Source: a virus
Taxonomy: Duplodnaviria; Heunggongvirae; Uroviricota; Caudoviricetes
Direction: 5' to 3' (one strand)
Virus record (IMG/VR): IMGVR_UViG_2706794662_000016
Length of the DNA: 6,389 nucleotides
Positions 4,980 through 6,389 of the stretch are shown one piece after another; position 1 is the first letter of the stretch; every line of letters starts with the position of its first letter. The notes beneath the pieces are model-generated. The model did not search any database. It was not told the origin of the DNA and saw only the letters and a program-made list of their open reading frames with translations. The translations under genes were made by a program, and so were the position numbers.

Positions 4980-5069
4980 GTATGTGTGCTACGTGAAATC
5001 TGTAAAGCTAATACCCACACTGAAAAATAGAATTTACGTACAACACGCTTAAAGAGGTGAAAAATATGA

Positions 5070-6347
5070 ATGGCACAATTTAAAGTTGATGATTTTCTGA
5101 TTGAGTTAAGTTTTAACTCTCAGAAAGTTTTAAAAGGCTTGGAAAAAGCCGAGAAACAAACGATGCAGGTAGCATCACGAATTGAGAAGCGATTGAATAA
5201 GTCGTTTAGAGTTAATCCTACGCCTTTAAATGATTCTCTCAAACTAATGGAAAGAAATGTCGATAAAACTGTTTCCAAGATTGAGCAGCGTCTTAAAAAC
5301 ACTAGAGCGTTTAAGATTAAAACTGAAATTGAGGATACTTTAAAGCCACTTAGACAACCAAGACAGCCACGAATTAGCGGAAGCAGAGCAATCACAGCAG
5401 CTTACTCAGCGAATATGAGCAAGCTTCGTGACTTTAATCCTATGCTTGAGAAGTATTTTAAAAGCCAGTATTACAGCTTAAGCAGTAAATCCAAGACACT
5501 TGGAAACGAAACTTTTAATCGTGAGTTAGCAAAGTTAAATCAGTCTCTTCGTGAAACACTTTCTAAGTTTAACAAGACCACCAGCAAAAATAATCACAGT
5601 GAAAATGCTTCAAATAGTCTGGATGTATTAGCTACGAGTGCAATCAAAGCAGGTACAGCCATTTATAGTTTTCAGACAGCCTTAGAAGCTTACAGGCGGA
5701 TTATGGAGGTTGGTCTGAAAAAAGAAGCATCACAACGAGCGGCACAATTCGTTTTAGGTGATGAAGGTGCTAAACGAGCTACAGAATTTGTTAAGAATCT
5801 TGCTGATAGTAGTGGTGTAGACCAGATTGAAACATTAAGCAGTTTTGCTAAGTTTTCCGCTGGTGCTGGTGATATGAATGCAGACCAGAAAGAATCCTTA
5901 TTTTCTAATGTGATTGGTACATCCAGATTAATGGGGCTAAGCACCGATGAAATTAACGGGATTTTAAAAGCTTTCGAGCAGATGGCATCTAAAGGAAAGA
6001 TTCAGGCTGAAGAGCTACGCGGTCAATTAGGTGACAGAATGGCAGGTGCTTTTCAGTTATTTGCCAGAAGTCTTGGGATGACTACGGAAGAATTAGACAA
6101 GGCCATGAAAGACGGTAAGATTCTTTCTAAAGATGTTCTTCCTAAAGTATCCGCTGAAATGGGAAGGATGATTGATAAAGCTGGTGGATGGGAAAAGATT
6201 ATTAACTCTACTCAGACGCAGTTAGGCCGCTTAAGTAATTCATGGAATAATAATCTGGCCTTAATGTTCGATGGTTCACAGGAAGGTTTAACAGACTTTA
6301 CAAGGTCACTGACTAATTTACTTAATTCACTAAATAGCTGCGCTTAA
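5070..6347 (+). CDS. Tape-measure-domain protein (425 aa), lambda gpH-like N-terminal region; possibly a truncated remnant
   Basis: SD AAAGAGGTG 10 nt upstream. The motif EELRGQLGDRMAGAFQLFARSLGMTTEELDKAMKDGKILSKDVLP matches the conserved phage tape-measure core as I recall it, and the N-terminus MAQFKVDDFLIELSF resembles lambda gpH MAEPVGDLVVDLSL. Domain assignment is from memory. Confidence 0.8.
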   Translation: MAQFKVDDFLIELSFNSQKVLKGLEKAEKQTMQVASRIEKRLNKSFRVNPTPLNDSLKLMERNVDKTVSKIEQRLKNTRAFKIKTEIEDTLKPLRQPRQPRISGSRAITAAYSANMSKLRDFNPMLEKYFKSQYYSLSSKSKTLGNETFNRELAKLNQSLRETLSKFNKTTSKNNHSENASNSLDVLATSAIKAGTAIYSFQTALEAYRRIMEVGLKKEASQRAAQFVLGDEGAKRATEFVKNLADSSGVDQIETLSSFAKFSAGAGDMNADQKESLFSNVIGTSRLMGLSTDEINGILKAFEQMASKGKIQAEELRGQLGDRMAGAFQLFARSLGMTTEELDKAMKDGKILSKDVLPKVSAEMGRMIDKAGGWEKIINSTQTQLGRLSNSWNNNLALMFDGSQEGLTDFTRSLTNLLNSLNSCA

Positions 6348-6389
6348 TACCGCTACACTTTTGCCAGCCCATGTTTGCCTCCGGGGAAT

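Noticed and set aside
5120-5944. Minus-strand ORFs 5120-5395 and 5690-5944
   Set aside because: Antisense to the 425-aa tape-measure-domain gene; typical shadow ORFs.
1-6389. tRNA, rRNA or tmRNA genes
   Set aside because: No cloverleaf-compatible segment or conserved rRNA sequence noticed by eye; not formally scanned.

Overview
A+T-rich segment (judged by eye, not computed) that looks horizontally acquired and is mostly unrecognisable at the protein level. The left edge is a nested IS junction: the right terminus of IS2 (1-61) sits inside the left end of an IS911-like IS3-family element (62-188, minus strand). The interior holds a back-to-back divergent promoter pair (about 1526-1590), a 4-gene translationally coupled operon of small proteins (1642-2953, including a possible RHH-like and a degenerate HNH-like protein), and a divergently transcribed small protein with a hydrophobic C-terminus (1171-1503, minus). 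The most unusual signal is a bipartite repeat present twice (1362-1459 and 2991-3111) with conserved arms, an internal 9-nt inverted repeat and a variable core, bracketing the promoter-operon module. Other structured noncoding features are iteron-like 12-mers and two tandem ~90-bp repeats (769-1042), and a promoter-driven hairpin-rich leader (3545-3970). The window ends with a 425-aa ORF (5070-6347) carrying a tape-measure-type motif, in a non-canonical context, stopping just before a G+C-richer tail. No rRNA, tRNA or CRISPR array was seen. All homology statements are from memory and motif inspection; no database search was run.
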